Assembly: GCA_965223155.1 (NCBI GenBank)
Contig: CBDCVR010000014.1
Coordinates: forward strand, 544,001-608,000
From: Candidatus Multivoradales bacterium
Lineage (GTDB): Bacteria; Acidobacteriota; Thermoanaerobaculia; Multivoradales; JAHEKO01
Reading direction: 5' to 3'
Length of the DNA stretch: 64,000 nt
Positions 1-9,335 of this stretch are shown piece by piece (position 1 is the first letter of the stretch; each line of letters opens with the position of its first letter). The position numbers were made by a program, and so were the translations under genes. A model generated the notes under the pieces. That model was not told the origin of the DNA, ran no database searches, and saw only the letters and a program-made list of their open reading frames with translations.

Positions 1-841
1 CCGAATCGTAGCGCCCCTGTTTCTTCTCGTGCCGATGGAACTCGAGCCATGCCGAGACGACGAGAAGCAGGGCCAGGGCGAAGGGCAGCAACCGCTCTAG
101 GTCGCTCGCGTAGCGCAGCACTCCCGACGGCACGCCCTCGCCGCCAAACGACAAATCGCTGGTGAGAAAGACGCTGGCACCCGGCGGCAGCGGGCCTCGC
201 GCCAACGTCCGCCGGGAGCCTAGAGAACTCTCCCAGACCGGGGCAATCTCGAGATCCAACTGAAAGTGTTCGATCGGACCCACGCGGTCGGGAAACGCGA
301 AGTCGTGATCCAGCCGATACAAACCGTCGTCGGCTTGCAAAACACCCGTTAGCGAGTAGTCCAAGACATAGACGATCGGCGTGCTGTCGAACACCGGATC
401 CGAGGGCAAGCGGCTACGCCAGCGAATCGTCTCGGAGTCATGAAAGTCCCAGTGATCGACCCGGTCGAGGCTGCCCTGGGTGAGCGGGATCTCGGCTGAT
501 CTGTTTCCGGCAAGCCGGCTCATGCCGCGGAAGTCCAGTCTCTGCCCCGAGCGAATGTTGAAACGCCGCTCGCCGCCGTTCCAGTTGCCGGAAAAGACCA
601 TGGCGTGCCGCTCGCGCACGTGCAGGATCCCATCGCGATCCAGCCGCGCCTCGACCGCAAGGGAATCCCAGAAGAGCGTGCGCGCTACAGCCGCCTCCGC
701 ACCTAAGGCGCCAGCGAGCACGCCGAAAACGAGAACGCCGGCTCCGGCGTTCCGCCGGAACCACTGAAGACGGCCGGACCAGGCAAAGGCACGCACACGC
801 GACCGCGCCGCGAAAGACTTGTGAGAAGGTTGGGTTAGCAT
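1..841 (-). CDS. DUF2207-like membrane protein (partial, runs off left edge)
   Basis: Manual translation from ATG at 841 stays open to the window edge. Signal-like hydrophobic stretch, then RTLFWDSLAVEARLDRDGILHVRERHAMVFSGNWNGGER (DUF2207-type N-terminus), then a TM segment LLPFALALLLVVSAW. Absent from the ORF track because it is truncated. Confidence 0.7.
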   Translation of the reverse strand, partial: MLTQPSHKSFAARSRVRAFAWSGRLQWFRRNAGAGVLVFGVLAGALGAEAAVARTLFWDSLAVEARLDRDGILHVRERHAMVFSGNWNGGERRFNIRSGQRLDFRGMSRLAGNRSAEIPLTQGSLDRVDHWDFHDSETIRWRSRLPSDPVFDSTPIVYVLDYSLTGVLQADDGLYRLDHDFAFPDRVGPIEHFQLDLEIAPVWESSLGSRRTLARGPLPPGASVFLTSDLSFGGEGVPSGVLRYASDLERLLPFALALLLVVSAWLEFHRHEKKQGRYDS

Positions 842-943
842 CGCTTCGAGCGCCCATCTCATCTGACCGGCACGCTGGCCGGCACGGAGCGCACTCCTTG
901 GGAATCGGATCGACGCTAGCGGACCCGACCCGGACGGTCAAAC

Positions 944-1411
944 TTGGCATCCTCCTCGAACCATGACTCGACGGAAAGCTCCGTCGCCTTCGGCGCCCTT
1001 CTCGACCGGCTCCGCGAGCTCGGCTTGCCGGCCGGCGACTACGCCATCTTCGGCAGCGGGCCGCTCGCTGTCCGGGGCATCGTCGAAGCTCCCGGCGATC
1101 TGGACGTCCTCTGCCGCGGTCGGGCCTGGGACCAGGTGTGCGACCTGGCTCCGCTCCGGACGGTCGAGCCCTGGGGCGTCGAGCTCGTGGAGCTCGACGC
1201 CGGCCGCCTCAGCTTCGGAAAACGCTGGGCGATCGGGAGTTTCGACGAGGATGAGCTCATCGAAACGGCTGAGATCCTCGCGGGCTTGCCCTTCGTTCGA
1301 CTGTGGCACGTCATCGAGTACAAGACGCTCTCCGGGCGAGCCAAGGACCAGCGGCACCTCGAAGCCCTTCGCAACCATCACGAGTATCATCGGTCCGATG
1401 CCCACGATTGA
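944..1411 (+). CDS. Small nucleotidyltransferase-fold hypothetical protein
   Basis: YAIFGSGPL...GDLDVL resembles the GS/DxD motif of Pol-beta-type nucleotidyltransferases; C-terminal GRAKDQRHL; overlaps the next gene. Start uncertain. Confidence 0.55.
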   Translation: MASSSNHDSTESSVAFGALLDRLRELGLPAGDYAIFGSGPLAVRGIVEAPGDLDVLCRGRAWDQVCDLAPLRTVEPWGVELVELDAGRLSFGKRWAIGSFDEDELIETAEILAGLPFVRLWHVIEYKTLSGRAKDQRHLEALRNHHEYHRSDAHD

Positions 1412-2183
1412 TCGACCGGGCTCTCGGGTCGCGTATTCGGTTTCCGGAGCCGGGCCGGCGCTGATCCTCGGCCACAGCCTCTTCTGCACTCGCTCGATGT
1501 GGCGCGGCGTCTTGCCGGCCCTGGAGGCACAGCACACGGTCGTCAACGTCGAGCTCCGCGGCCACGGCGAATCGACTGCCGAGGCCGAGTTCACACCCTG
1601 GGACCTCGCCGACGACTGGTTCGCCATCCTGGACCGGGAGGGAATCGAGTCGGCCGCAGCCATCGGGCTTTCGACCGGCGGGTTCACGGCGCTTCGCCTG
1701 GCCCTGCGCTCACCCGAGCGAGTACGGGCTCTCGCGCTCTTGGATACCAGCGCGCGGGCCGAGTCCGCTTGGCGCCGCCTGAAGAATTCGCTCCTCGCCC
1801 AGATGTGGCTGAGGCTCGACCTCCTGCCGAAACAGGCTCTTCTTGCGGCAATGTTCGGCCGGGACAGCCTCCGCCGGCGCCCCGCCTTCGTCCAGGCCTT
1901 TCTCGACGACGTCGCCACCTTCGACAAGCCCCAGGTCCTGCGTGCGATGCGGGCCGTGTTCTCCAGAGACGCGATCGATCCTTCGAAGATCGCCCTTCCG
2001 ACTCTGGTTCTCGTCGGCGAGGAGGACAGCGCCACCCCACCCGAAGAGGCCCGGTACCTGGCCGAGCGGATCCCAGGCGCGCGGCTCGAGATCGTAGCCG
2101 GAGCCGGTCATCTGACCGCGGTCGAGCGGCCGGGCGAGGTCGGCGCCCTTCTGCGAGACTTCCTGGACTCCTGCGGCGCCTGA
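1398..2183 (+). CDS. Alpha/beta hydrolase (enol-lactone hydrolase-like)
   Basis: ATG at 1398; LRGHGES, nucleophile elbow GLSTGG, GEEDSAT (Asp), AGHL (His). Confidence 0.9.
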   Translation: MPTIDRPGSRVAYSVSGAGPALILGHSLFCTRSMWRGVLPALEAQHTVVNVELRGHGESTAEAEFTPWDLADDWFAILDREGIESAAAIGLSTGGFTALRLALRSPERVRALALLDTSARAESAWRRLKNSLLAQMWLRLDLLPKQALLAAMFGRDSLRRRPAFVQAFLDDVATFDKPQVLRAMRAVFSRDAIDPSKIALPTLVLVGEEDSATPPEEARYLAERIPGARLEIVAGAGHLTAVERPGEVGALLRDFLDSCGA

Positions 2184-2328
2184 CCTGAACCCGCGCGCAC
2201 CCAGCTCGCGAGTCCCGCGCGGCCGCCATCCAGAAATCTGCAACTGTTCGCCGATCCGGCCGGTCCAAAGGTCGAACGATAGGCGACTGGAAGCCCCAGT
2301 CCGCAACTGAATCCCAAGGAGGATCACG

Positions 2329-2715
2329 ATGGAAGGTCAGTTTTATTCCGCGCTAGGCGTCATCTGGGTCTTCGGCTTCGTCGCCGTCATGCTCATCGTC
2401 TGGAACATGCGCAACAAGCGGCGCATGGAGAAGCTGCAAATGATCCATCAAGAGAGGATGGCCGCAATGGAAAAGGGCGTTCCGCTTCCAGAGTTTCCCG
2501 AGATCGAGGACGTTCCGGTCCAGATGAAGTCGACCTTGAACCCGCGCTGGCCGTTGGGCCTGGGCGCCGTCTTCATCATGGCCGGGATCGGAACCTCGAT
2601 TGCCATGCGCCTGGGGCAGGGATTCGAGGAGATCTGGTCCTTCGGCTTCATTGGGGTTTTTCTCGGCTTCGGCCTGATCCTGTATTACTTCCTGACCCGA
2701 GCGCCCGAGGCTTGA
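2329..2715 (+). CDS. Small membrane protein (DUF6249-like), first gene of ECF operon
   Basis: AGGAGG RBS; three TM segments; HQERMAAMEKG motif. Confidence 0.75.
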   Translation: MEGQFYSALGVIWVFGFVAVMLIVWNMRNKRRMEKLQMIHQERMAAMEKGVPLPEFPEIEDVPVQMKSTLNPRWPLGLGAVFIMAGIGTSIAMRLGQGFEEIWSFGFIGVFLGFGLILYYFLTRAPEA

Positions 2716-2746
2716 ACCCACCGGACCGGGCTGAGAGCCTCACGTC

Positions 2747-3349
2747 ATGCCCCACGGCACACCCGACGACGCTTCCGGCGGGCCAGTAGATGCAGAACTC
2801 GTTCGAGCCTTTCGAGACACGGGAGATCCCGAGAGCTTCTCCAAGCTCGTCGGCCGCTACAAGAGCCGAGTCTTCCGGCTGGCGGTCTCGATCCTGGGGC
2901 CCGGGCGCGAGGCAGATGCCGAGGATGTCGCGCAAGACGTCTTCATCAAGGTCTACCAGAAGCTGCACCAGTTCCGGGGCGACAGCAAGTTCGGATCCTG
3001 GATCTATCGCATCGCGTATCGGCAGACGCTGGACCATCTGACCCGGCCCCACCGGCGCATGCCACACGTCACCGATAGCGTGCTCGAAACCCAACCCTCC
3101 AATGCTCCCGAGGCCAACCCGCTAGACCGCGCCATGGATGCCCGAACCAGGCACGCGGTCCAGTCCTCGATGGGCGAGCTGCCGCACCTGTACCGAAGCG
3201 TCCTCCATCTCCACTACTGGCTGGGACTGACCGTCGCCGAGATCAGCGACACCTTGGGCACACCCGAGGGCACGGTCAAGTCCTACATGCACCGAGGCCG
3301 GGCCAAGCTCGACCGCCTCCTTCGCCGACGAGGTATCGCCAATGTCTGA
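2747..3349 (+). CDS. ECF RNA polymerase sigma factor
   Basis: Region 2 DAEDVAQDVFIKVY...KFGSWIYRIA; region 4 LTVAEISDTLGTPEGTVKSYMHRGR. Confidence 0.95.
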   Translation: MPHGTPDDASGGPVDAELVRAFRDTGDPESFSKLVGRYKSRVFRLAVSILGPGREADAEDVAQDVFIKVYQKLHQFRGDSKFGSWIYRIAYRQTLDHLTRPHRRMPHVTDSVLETQPSNAPEANPLDRAMDARTRHAVQSSMGELPHLYRSVLHLHYWLGLTVAEISDTLGTPEGTVKSYMHRGRAKLDRLLRRRGIANV

Positions 3350-3899
3350 TCCGACGCGACCTGATCCGACCCGGCCTGACCCGGCCCGGCCCTGCTCCGA
3401 ACTCGCACAGCGGCTCGCCGAGTCGAATCAGCGGAGCCAGCCGAGCCAGCCGAGCCAGCCGAGCGACCGGACCGAGCTGTCCGAGGACCTCAGGAAGCAC
3501 CTGGACGCCTGCCCCGAGTGCCAAGCTCAATGGACGATCGACGGTCTCCTCCGCGAGGCGTTTGCCGAGAGCACGGTCCCGACCCTGAGCCAGGACTTCG
3601 AGCGCCGTCTCGAGGCGCGGATCGCCAAGCGCGCCGCCACGTCCCGACTCCGGCACCTGCCGTTGCGCGGCTGGCGCCTGGCAGCCCTTGGCGCCTACGC
3701 CGCGCTCGCCGCCGCGGCGCTCGCCTGGCTCTTCCGCGACGTGTCCTGGCCGCGTCTCGATCCGAGCTCGCCGGCGCTCGCGGTCGCGACCCTGGCCGCC
3801 GTGCCTCTCAGCCTGATCCTGGCGGTCGCGGCGTCCCGCTGGTTGCCCGCCGGCCGAGTCTCGCGGCGCGGCGCGGAGATGCCCCTCCTCACTCTCTGA
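3342..3899 (+). CDS. Zinc-binding (HxxxCxxC) membrane anti-sigma factor
   Basis: HLDACPEC motif; two C-terminal TM helices; overlaps the sigma stop codon. Confidence 0.8.
   Translation: MSDPTRPDPTRPDPARPCSELAQRLAESNQRSQPSQPSQPSDRTELSEDLRKHLDACPECQAQWTIDGLLREAFAESTVPTLSQDFERRLEARIAKRAATSRLRHLPLRGWRLAALGAYAALAAAALAWLFRDVSWPRLDPSSPALAVATLAAVPLSLILAVAASRWLPAGRVSRRGAEMPLLTL
3346..3460. repeat. In-frame tandem repeats (15 bp x3, DPTRP-like; 9 bp x3, SQP)
   Basis: CTGATCCGACGCGAC/CTGATCCGACCCGGC/CTGACCCGGCCCGGC at 3346-3390; GAGCCAGCC x3 at 3434-3460. Confidence 0.85.
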
Positions 3900-3958
3900 G
3901 GCACGGGTCAGACAGCGGCGGCGATTCGAAGACCTCTACTTGAGATCGAGCGGACAGA

Positions 3959-4840
3959 TCAGACTCGCCTTCCGGCCGGGCCGCCGCACTCGAGTCCGCC
4001 GGCAGCCTGGTCCACGGCTGCCGGTCGAGGTTGGCTCGGGCGGGCGCCCGGGAAGAGAATGGCAAGCGCGCCCCGCACCGCTTCGGCTTGAGCGGCTTCG
4101 GAATCGGTCAAGGCTACCCCGGCGGCTCGCTTCCGCCGCCATGCGATCCGGCCGGCAAAGCGCAGGAGCTCACGGCCATCGGGAAGACGAAGACAACCCG
4201 CAACTTGCTCGGGGAGCTCGGCCGCCGGCAGGCCCCGCAAACAAAAGCCACCGGCGGAGAGATTCTCGAGCATGACCTGACGCTCGTCACCATCTTCCAG
4301 ACTCAAAATCACCGGACGGTCAACGCGGACACGCGGATCGTCTCGAAGGCTGGGATCCAAGAACCGGGAAGCGTTCGCCGAGGACCGCCGCAAAGCGACC
4401 AGCGAAAGGCGAACCATCAACCGCGGCTCGGGTGCGACGAGCTCGGCAAAGTCAGCCGCGCTCAGGCACAAGACCGTGGTCGGCTCCGCGGCCCGCGCCG
4501 AGGTCGTCCTGGGAGCGCTCTCGAGGAGCCCCATCTCGCCAAACATTTCCTCGGGGCCGACGTGGGCAACGAACCGAGTGGCCCTCCCCACCTCCGATAC
4601 GAAAAGCCCGACCTTGCCCGAGCAAACGAAGTACAAGGCATCCGCGGCATCACCGGCCCGAAACAGAAGCTCATCTTCGGCGAGATGCCGCTCGGTCGAA
4701 CGCGAGCCGATGGCCGCTAGGAGCTCGGACGGCAATCCGGACAAGAGCGCGAGGCCGTCGAGAAACGCCGTCTTCCCGCAGGACTCGGACAGTAGACCCT
4801 CTAAGGCAGACGACTCCGCGACCGACGGCAGCTCACTCAT
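3959..4840 (-). CDS. Cyclic nucleotide-binding domain + PilZ domain protein
   Basis: cNMP cassette EMFGEMGLLESAPRTTSARA; PilZ motifs RDDPR and NLSAGG; ATG at 4840. Confidence 0.85.
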   Translation of the reverse strand: MSELPSVAESSALEGLLSESCGKTAFLDGLALLSGLPSELLAAIGSRSTERHLAEDELLFRAGDAADALYFVCSGKVGLFVSEVGRATRFVAHVGPEEMFGEMGLLESAPRTTSARAAEPTTVLCLSAADFAELVAPEPRLMVRLSLVALRRSSANASRFLDPSLRDDPRVRVDRPVILSLEDGDERQVMLENLSAGGFCLRGLPAAELPEQVAGCLRLPDGRELLRFAGRIAWRRKRAAGVALTDSEAAQAEAVRGALAILFPGARPSQPRPAAVDQAAGGLECGGPAGRRV

Positions 4841-5107
4841 GATGTTCTCTCCTCGTGACAACCGGCGACCGGACGGCCGCCAAAGGCTCACTTGCTCATC
4901 AAGGCAAGGGTGATGCCAGTAGCGACTTGGCGCCGTGGGCCTTGGCAAAGATCCCGTAATCACTACGCCGGGAGCGGTGCCCGCTCGGTTCGAAGCCCGC
5001 GGCGGACCTGGGAATCCCGGGAAATCTTCCCGGTCGTGGACACCGCCGCTGGGGAGGAATGCCCGGGGGCCGAAACGTCGCCGACGCCCACATCCGGAGA
5101 CTCACCG

Positions 5108-7075
5108 CTACCAACTGACGCTCAAGGAAAACTTGTAGACCGTGTGATTGCGAGGAGCGCTCAGGTTCTCGAACTCATATTGGCCCACCACATCGCTCAC
5201 CTCCATGCCTTCGGGAACGAGGTTCAGGCCGACTAGCGCCTGCTCGGCCGAGATCGAAGGTGGCCGCCTATTGTGGTACTCAGTCGCTTTGAGCTCGAGG
5301 GAGACTTTCTCCGCACCAGTGTGATCCTTGGCCAGAACCATCTTGCCACCGATCTCGAACTCGGTTCGAACATCAGCGCTGTCTTCAAACAACCCGCCGC
5401 CGGTCTCGTCGAGACCCTCGAGGGCCTGCTTCCAGTAGTAGTGAGTGTGGAGCTCGATCCGGTCGTTCGGCCGGAACGTGATCGTCGGCCGAACCGTCAG
5501 CCGAAAGTCGAATGATGAGGGGGGCGTGAACTTGCCGGTAATGGCTTCGGAGTCCTCCGCAGCCACGCCTTCCTGCACCGAGAGCTCGGGGCCGGCAGCG
5601 ATGACCGATTCATCCTCCTTGAGTCGAACAGTGATCTCTCGGGTGGCAGGCTTCTCGAAGTCTCCGAAGAGACTGGCGGCAATGCCGAACTGCAGCCGGG
5701 AGCGCTTCTTCAGGATCGCCGGAAGCGTATGGCAGTACTCCTCCTTGTGCTTGGTGATCTGGGGACCCGTGAAGAGCTCATCGCGCATCACCTCTCGATA
5801 GTGGTCGAGATATTTCTGCGTTTGCCGGTCAACCAAGATTTCCCGTCGGCGAGCGTCGTTCTCGTCGCAGAAGGTCTGCCAGCGTCTGGGGCTCGTCTTT
5901 CTCCTCGCTGGATCGTCATAGACCAGGTAGGACAGTCCCCCCTCGAACCAGGGACTCCGTTTACGCTTAAGGTCCCACTCGAGGTTCATTCCCACTCCGC
6001 CTTCATAGCGCTCTGAGATCCCAAGAAAGCTATTGGTGAATCGTTCGAGAAATCCATAGACCTCGAGCCAGTCCTCGAAGTAGTAGTCGTAATTGACGAG
6101 GATCTTGGTGACGTCTTCGGACACCTCATCGTCTCTTAACCGCACCTCGGCACCCGCCGATACCCGGAGTTGTCCCGGGTAGATCCCGCGGCTGAGAGCA
6201 ATGTCGGTGCTTAGCTTGTGATCCTCCTTACCCACGGATTCATTTCCAGCGAAGCTCAGGGAAACCGACCCGGTGAAATTCTGCTGTTGCTGCTTGAGCC
6301 AGGCGTTGAACCCCTTCGCGATCGCACCGGGTTCCAATCGGAGAATTCTCGGTTCGAAACGAGCGACATTCTTCGCTTTGACATCGTCCGCAACTTCCAC
6401 CAAGCTCCGCACCGGGTCGCTCGCCGGAACCAACCGATACAAGAAGCCGAAGCCACTCAAGGAGGGATCCGCCGTTCGAAACTCATAGTTCCCGAGGGCA
6501 CTCAGCCCGGGGCCTTTGACGTGATCGAACTGCACGATCAAGTCGTCGGTCAGGATCACCCGCTCGCCAGTCTCGAGGTCGATCAGGAGGCCGCCGGCAA
6601 CGGCGTCCTTCAGCTTGTCGACGACAGTACGTGCCGCCAGCATGAGCTGGGCCTCGCTACACGGAGAGTCCTTGGAAGCTCCCGACGCGGTCGAACCGGC
6701 TGAGTTGGCTGAACCCTTCTGTTTCTTGTTCGTCGAAGCCTTGCCGTCCGACTTCTGCACCTTCGAGCAGGTCGCATTGAAGCGAGCGATTGACTTCGCC
6801 GTGTCGAGGGTCCCCTTGTACTCCAGACTCGCGCAAGTTCCCTTCAAGTCGACCTTCGCAACTTTGGCCACCGAAGCGGGATTCGAGAACTTGACGGCTA
6901 TGGCGTTTGGAACCACACGATACTCGACCGACTCCGGATATCCGTACTCGGAGACTCTCGATGTCGCCGTAGGGGCTGCATCGGCCGGCGCGACAAAGAC
7001 TAGCGGCAGGATGCAGGAGAGGGTCAGTCCGAAAGCAATTCGGACCCGAACACTTCGAAGAATCGACAAAATCAC
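5108..7075 (-). CDS. Secreted protein with C-terminal DUF481-like outer-membrane beta-barrel
   Basis: N-terminal signal peptide; amphipathic strands (FTGSVSLSFAGN, ERFTNSFLGISERYEGGVG); ends in beta-signal-like YKFSLSVSW. Confidence 0.6.
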   Translation of the reverse strand: MILSILRSVRVRIAFGLTLSCILPLVFVAPADAAPTATSRVSEYGYPESVEYRVVPNAIAVKFSNPASVAKVAKVDLKGTCASLEYKGTLDTAKSIARFNATCSKVQKSDGKASTNKKQKGSANSAGSTASGASKDSPCSEAQLMLAARTVVDKLKDAVAGGLLIDLETGERVILTDDLIVQFDHVKGPGLSALGNYEFRTADPSLSGFGFLYRLVPASDPVRSLVEVADDVKAKNVARFEPRILRLEPGAIAKGFNAWLKQQQQNFTGSVSLSFAGNESVGKEDHKLSTDIALSRGIYPGQLRVSAGAEVRLRDDEVSEDVTKILVNYDYYFEDWLEVYGFLERFTNSFLGISERYEGGVGMNLEWDLKRKRSPWFEGGLSYLVYDDPARRKTSPRRWQTFCDENDARRREILVDRQTQKYLDHYREVMRDELFTGPQITKHKEEYCHTLPAILKKRSRLQFGIAASLFGDFEKPATREITVRLKEDESVIAAGPELSVQEGVAAEDSEAITGKFTPPSSFDFRLTVRPTITFRPNDRIELHTHYYWKQALEGLDETGGGLFEDSADVRTEFEIGGKMVLAKDHTGAEKVSLELKATEYHNRRPPSISAEQALVGLNLVPEGMEVSDVVGQYEFENLSAPRNHTVYKFSLSVSW

Positions 7076-7282
7076 GGCGTCCTCCTTTGAAGAGTCTGGC
7101 GGTTCCCCAAGAGAGACGGACCGGTCGCACTCTTTTCACAACGGCGCCGACTCAGAGCACCCAGCCGTCCACGGCACCCCACAGTCAACCGTCCCGGGGA
7201 CCGCAGCCTGCAGCAGCACTCGCGCCCTGCGTCTGGGAGAGACCTGCGACTACGCTCCGCCCGGCGCCGCTGGACTCTCGCC

Positions 7283-8242
7283 CTACCGACTGCCGGCGCC
7301 GGCGACGAGCGCGGAAAAGGCCGCTTCGAGCTCGGGGAGGTCGGCGGCTTCCGGTCGGTCCGCCAGGCGCTCGCCAAGCTCGCTCAGCGCCCCGGAAGCG
7401 GATGGAGGAATTTCCAGTCCCACCCACTGCTCGGGCGCCCGCCGAATCGCTCGGCCCTGGAGGAACTTCAGGTCCCCGGATCCGGCCGCCAAGCGACCGG
7501 CCTCCGCCCACTTGCCCAGGCCTAGATAGCTCGCGTCGGCGGCGTCCTCGAGAAAGCCCGCTGTCTGGCCGCTCAGATCGAGCAAGCTCTCCGGCGCTTC
7601 TCCCGCCTCGAGGCGGTCACGCAGATGACCGTACGAGTAAACGATGTGCTCGGTGAGCTCGAACGAGCCGGCGAGATCGGTGAGCTCGGGCAGTACTTCC
7701 AGGGCCTGGCCGGCGTCGCCGCGCTGGAGCGCGACCTCGAAATCAACCAGGCGCACGCCGAGCCGGAAGGAGCGCTCACGCTCGTCGAGACCGACCGAGA
7801 AGCCGCCCGAGCTTCGGGCGTAGGACCAGCCGGCCGCGTCGTAGACGGTGGAATCCGACGCACTTAGTTGGCGGCCGAGATCCGCGACGTCAAGACCCGC
7901 GCCGGCACCCCTGCGATCCCAGATCCCGTCCAGTAGCGGCGTCCAGAGCAGCATCGCCACGATGGCCGCAGCAGCAGCTCCAGCAACAAGCCAGCCACCA
8001 CGAAAGCCACGGGGCCGGCGAGTGCGGGCCGCGTCAAGATCGGCCGGCTCGGCCCAGGCGGCCGAGCGCCGCGCCTCCTCTTCTTGAAAGCGAAGTGTCT
8101 CGGCGTAGACCTCGTAGCAGCGCTCGCATTCGGACACATGGGTCACCATGGCCTCGCGCTCGCCTGCCTCGAGGCGGCCGTCCACGAAGGCGGCAAGATC
8201 CTCCAGAGTCGGGCATGCCGGGCTGGTTGGCTGGTCGCTCAT
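7283..8242 (-). CDS. zf-HC2 membrane anti-sigma factor with extracytoplasmic domain
   Basis: CPTLEDLAAFVDG...HVSECERC; single TM; directly downstream of the ECF sigma; AGGAAGG RBS. Confidence 0.8.
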   Translation of the reverse strand: MSDQPTSPACPTLEDLAAFVDGRLEAGEREAMVTHVSECERCYEVYAETLRFQEEEARRSAAWAEPADLDAARTRRPRGFRGGWLVAGAAAAAIVAMLLWTPLLDGIWDRRGAGAGLDVADLGRQLSASDSTVYDAAGWSYARSSGGFSVGLDERERSFRLGVRLVDFEVALQRGDAGQALEVLPELTDLAGSFELTEHIVYSYGHLRDRLEAGEAPESLLDLSGQTAGFLEDAADASYLGLGKWAEAGRLAAGSGDLKFLQGRAIRRAPEQWVGLEIPPSASGALSELGERLADRPEAADLPELEAAFSALVAGAGSR

Positions 8243-8289
8243 TTCCTTCCTCTCGCGATCCTCGGCTCGATCACACCACGCCCGTGACG

Positions 8290-9126
8290 TTAGACGGACG
8301 CCTCCGGCGGATTCCCGTCCGGCCCATCGGGAACGTCGTACTCGACGTTCAAGTCCAGCCGGTCCCAATCCAGGATCCGGCGCACGTCGCCCGTCGACAC
8401 ACCCTCCTTCTCCATTCGGGCTCGCAGCGATCGAAGGCTCTTCTCGTAGCGTGTATAGAGCGGTCGCTGCGGCAAGTTGAGCCGGGCCGCGATCTGCGCC
8501 ACCGTGAATCCCTCCCCGAACCGCAGCTTCAGCAACAGACGATCCTCCGCTTCGAGGTCGGCTAGAGCCCGGTCGAGAGCCGCTTCCGCCTGCCGCGCCG
8601 CCTCGCCCATCTCACCGTCCACCACTCTCCGCTCGACGCCGTCCGAGGCCCCTAGAGTCTCGAGAACGTCCGAGCCCTCGAACCGCCTCTTGGTCCGATG
8701 TGGAAGCTGCTCGGCGATCCGGTAGAGCTCGTCCCGATCTTCCTCGAGTCCGAAGTTCGTCTTCAGAATCTCGATCGCCTCGGCCGTGACAAGCCCGTCA
8801 CGGCTGACCAGCGTTTCGAGCTGAACCGCGACCGCGCCCATTCGCTTCGCCGCAGCCGACGGCCGCCACTTGCCCCACTTGGCGATCCGGTAGTCCCGGA
8901 AGAGATTCATGATCACCGTCGTCAAGAACGTGGACAGACTGCTCCTGCCCGCGAACTTCCGCAGCACCGCGTAGTCGTTCTCGATCAGCTTGAGCTTTAC
9001 CGTCGCGTCGAAGTCCTCGGCCTCATCGCCGAAGCAACAGTTCCGCCGGCAGACCGAGGCGATCACGCGCTCGATCAGGGGCAGCTCCCGCTCGAAAACC
9101 TCGCTCGGCTCCATCGGCTCGCTCAC
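8290..9126 (-). CDS. ECF-type sigma-70 factor
   Basis: DEAEDF...FAGRSSLSTFLTTVIMNLFRD; region 4 LKLRFGEGFTVAQIAARL. Confidence 0.9.
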   Translation of the reverse strand: MSEPMEPSEVFERELPLIERVIASVCRRNCCFGDEAEDFDATVKLKLIENDYAVLRKFAGRSSLSTFLTTVIMNLFRDYRIAKWGKWRPSAAAKRMGAVAVQLETLVSRDGLVTAEAIEILKTNFGLEEDRDELYRIAEQLPHRTKRRFEGSDVLETLGASDGVERRVVDGEMGEAARQAEAALDRALADLEAEDRLLLKLRFGEGFTVAQIAARLNLPQRPLYTRYEKSLRSLRARMEKEGVSTGDVRRILDWDRLDLNVEYDVPDGPDGNPPEASV

Positions 9127-9335
9127 TGGAGCGGATTGTAGCGGGAGGAAGCGTACGAACTAGAGAAAGCAAACAACTTGTCCGTCTCTAACACCCGCAG
9201 AGTTCGAAGCAGAGAAGCACAATGCCGCACCCGCTATCCACCTGTACACTCTCATCATCGACATCGTCTCGAATACACGGAAAGCCTTCGAGTTTCTCTC
9301 GTGATTCATCCCCGTCGTCTCATCAAGAGCGTGCC

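Noticed and set aside
963-1397. N-terminal extension of the alpha/beta hydrolase
   Set aside because: It overlaps the 944-1411 gene in another frame; the hydrolase fold starts at the ATG at 1398.
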